Shown: positions 63,100-64,000 of the stretch, piece by piece
Numbering within the stretch: the stretch's first letter is position 1
How the letters are laid out: every line of letters starts with the position of its first letter
Assembly: GCA_016795505.1 (NCBI GenBank)
Contig: JAEUHH010000005.1
Location: 91,979 to 155,978, forward strand
Length of the DNA stretch: 64,000 bases
Source: Verrucomicrobiales bacterium
GTDB lineage: Bacteria > Verrucomicrobiota > Verrucomicrobiia > Verrucomicrobiales > DEV007
Direction of reading: 5' to 3'
Program-made: the position numbers and the translations under genes
The notes under the pieces: model-generated
Told to the model about the DNA's origin: nothing
The model's database searches: none
Seen by the model: only the letters and a program-made list of their open reading frames with translations

Positions 63100-64000
63100 A
63101 TGAAAGCCGCTTTTTCCGCTCTTCTGGCCGTCTCGGCCCTTTTCGTGATTGCCTCTGCCGGGGCCGCTCCGGACGCCAAATCCGCCAAGGCACGGGGCAA
63201 TTCCCAGACCGGCGACAAGCCGAAGGTCTCCGCCAGCCAGCGGATCGACCAGATGATCGAGAAAAATCTCGCCGCTCAGGGCTTGCAGCCGAATGCTCCG
63301 GCGAGCGACGCGGTTTTTGTCCGCCGCATCTATCTCGACATCGTCGGCCGCATCCCGAGCCGGGCGGAGACGGTGCGCTTTCTGGAGTCGAAGGAGCCGA
63401 ACAAGCGCACCCGACTCGTCGATGAGTTGCTGGCCAGCGACGGCTATGTGTCCCACTTTTTTCACTACTGGGCGGACCTGCTGCGGGCAAAAACGGAGCT
63501 GAATGGCAATGGCCAGAGCGCCCCCGCCGGCCTGGCCTATGGCGCGTGGATCAAGGAGTCGCTGCGCCAAAACAAGCCCTACGATGAGTTTGTCCGCGAG
63601 ATGCTGGTCGCCAGCGGTTCGAGTTGGGACAACGGAGCCGTCGGCTATTACATCCGCGATTTCGGCATGCCGCTCGACAATCTGGCCATCACCACCCAGG
63701 TCTTCCTCGGCACCCAGATCGTCTGCGCCCAGTGCCACAATCACCCCTTCGATGCGTGGACGCAGATGGACTACTACCACCTCGCGGCTTTCACCTACGG
63801 AATGAATGGCTCGAATGTGACGCCGAACCAGCGCGCGGCGACGGATGGCCTGCCGAAGGGCCGGAAAAGCGGCATTCCGGTCGAGGAGCGGCAGGATCTC
63901 CAGCGGGCTTTTTCCGAAATCCTGAAGCCGGTGCGCTTCAACAATGTCTATGAAACCAAGCGCGCCCTGAGGCTGCCCGACGACTATCAATACACCGATG
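63100..64000 (+). CDS. PSCyt2/PSD1-family (DUF1549) protein, N-terminal part (runs off window end)
   Basis: It is not in the ORF track because there is no stop within the window. It has a signal peptide (MKAAFSALLAVSALFVIASAGA) and then RRIYLDIVGRIPSRAETVRFLES...DELL, the DUF1549 signature. Confidence 0.75.
   Translation, partial: MKAAFSALLAVSALFVIASAGAAPDAKSAKARGNSQTGDKPKVSASQRIDQMIEKNLAAQGLQPNAPASDAVFVRRIYLDIVGRIPSRAETVRFLESKEPNKRTRLVDELLASDGYVSHFFHYWADLLRAKTELNGNGQSAPAGLAYGAWIKESLRQNKPYDEFVREMLVASGSSWDNGAVGYYIRDFGMPLDNLAITTQVFLGTQIVCAQCHNHPFDAWTQMDYYHLAAFTYGMNGSNVTPNQRAATDGLPKGRKSGIPVEERQDLQRAFSEILKPVRFNNVYETKRALRLPDDYQYTD

Overview
This 64 kb window is high-GC (about two thirds G+C) and densely coding, with roughly 57 genes plus one tRNA. 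The gene content points to a Planctomycetes/Verrucomicrobia-type (PVC) chromosome: PSCyt/PSD1 (DUF1549/DUF1553) proteins paired with DUF1501 proteins, PVC-type heme-binding beta-propeller proteins, ThuA, and many secreted proteins. Main blocks: (1) <1..2014, the tail of a receiver-domain Ser/Thr-kinase-like gene and a proline-rich membrane protein. (2) 2117..13471, a PabB-like gene followed by a polysaccharide cluster with glycosyltransferases of families 2 and 4, a WcaF-like acetyltransferase, a WecA-like initiating transferase, a Wzy-like polymerase, a Wzz-like protein and two sulfotransferases; seven of these genes are chained by 4-bp start/stop overlaps. (3) 13499..18569, an aldehyde dehydrogenase and a divergent TetR regulator followed by a run of small ligand-binding genes (SRPBCC, GyrI-like, AHSA1-like, VOC, DoxX, MoaD-like). 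(4) BNR-repeat, ThuA, an outer-membrane beta-barrel gene and a sirtuin (cobB). (5) 24528..30890, a 1719-aa AAA+ ATPase gene followed by a REP-associated tyrosine transposase (RAYT) flanked by REP doublets. (6) A flotillin/NfeD (YqiJK-like) pair. (7) 34551..41079, a periplasmic oxidation operon (DJ-1/PfpI, sugar-phosphate isomerase, a cytochrome c with five haem-binding sites, beta-propeller dehydrogenase) with a divergent XylR/AraC-type regulator. (8) Three PSD1-family/DUF1501 loci, an HNH-endonuclease ORF with no canonical start, a UbiA-family prenyltransferase, tRNA-Arg(CCT), and SDR/epimerase genes. The most unusual signals are two families of palindromic repeats. One is a REP family tied to the RAYT. 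The other is a dispersed 50-52 bp GATC-rich palindromic element present in six copies, five at gene ends and one apparently inserted in-frame inside the AAA+ ATPase gene. No CRISPR array or rRNA gene was found.
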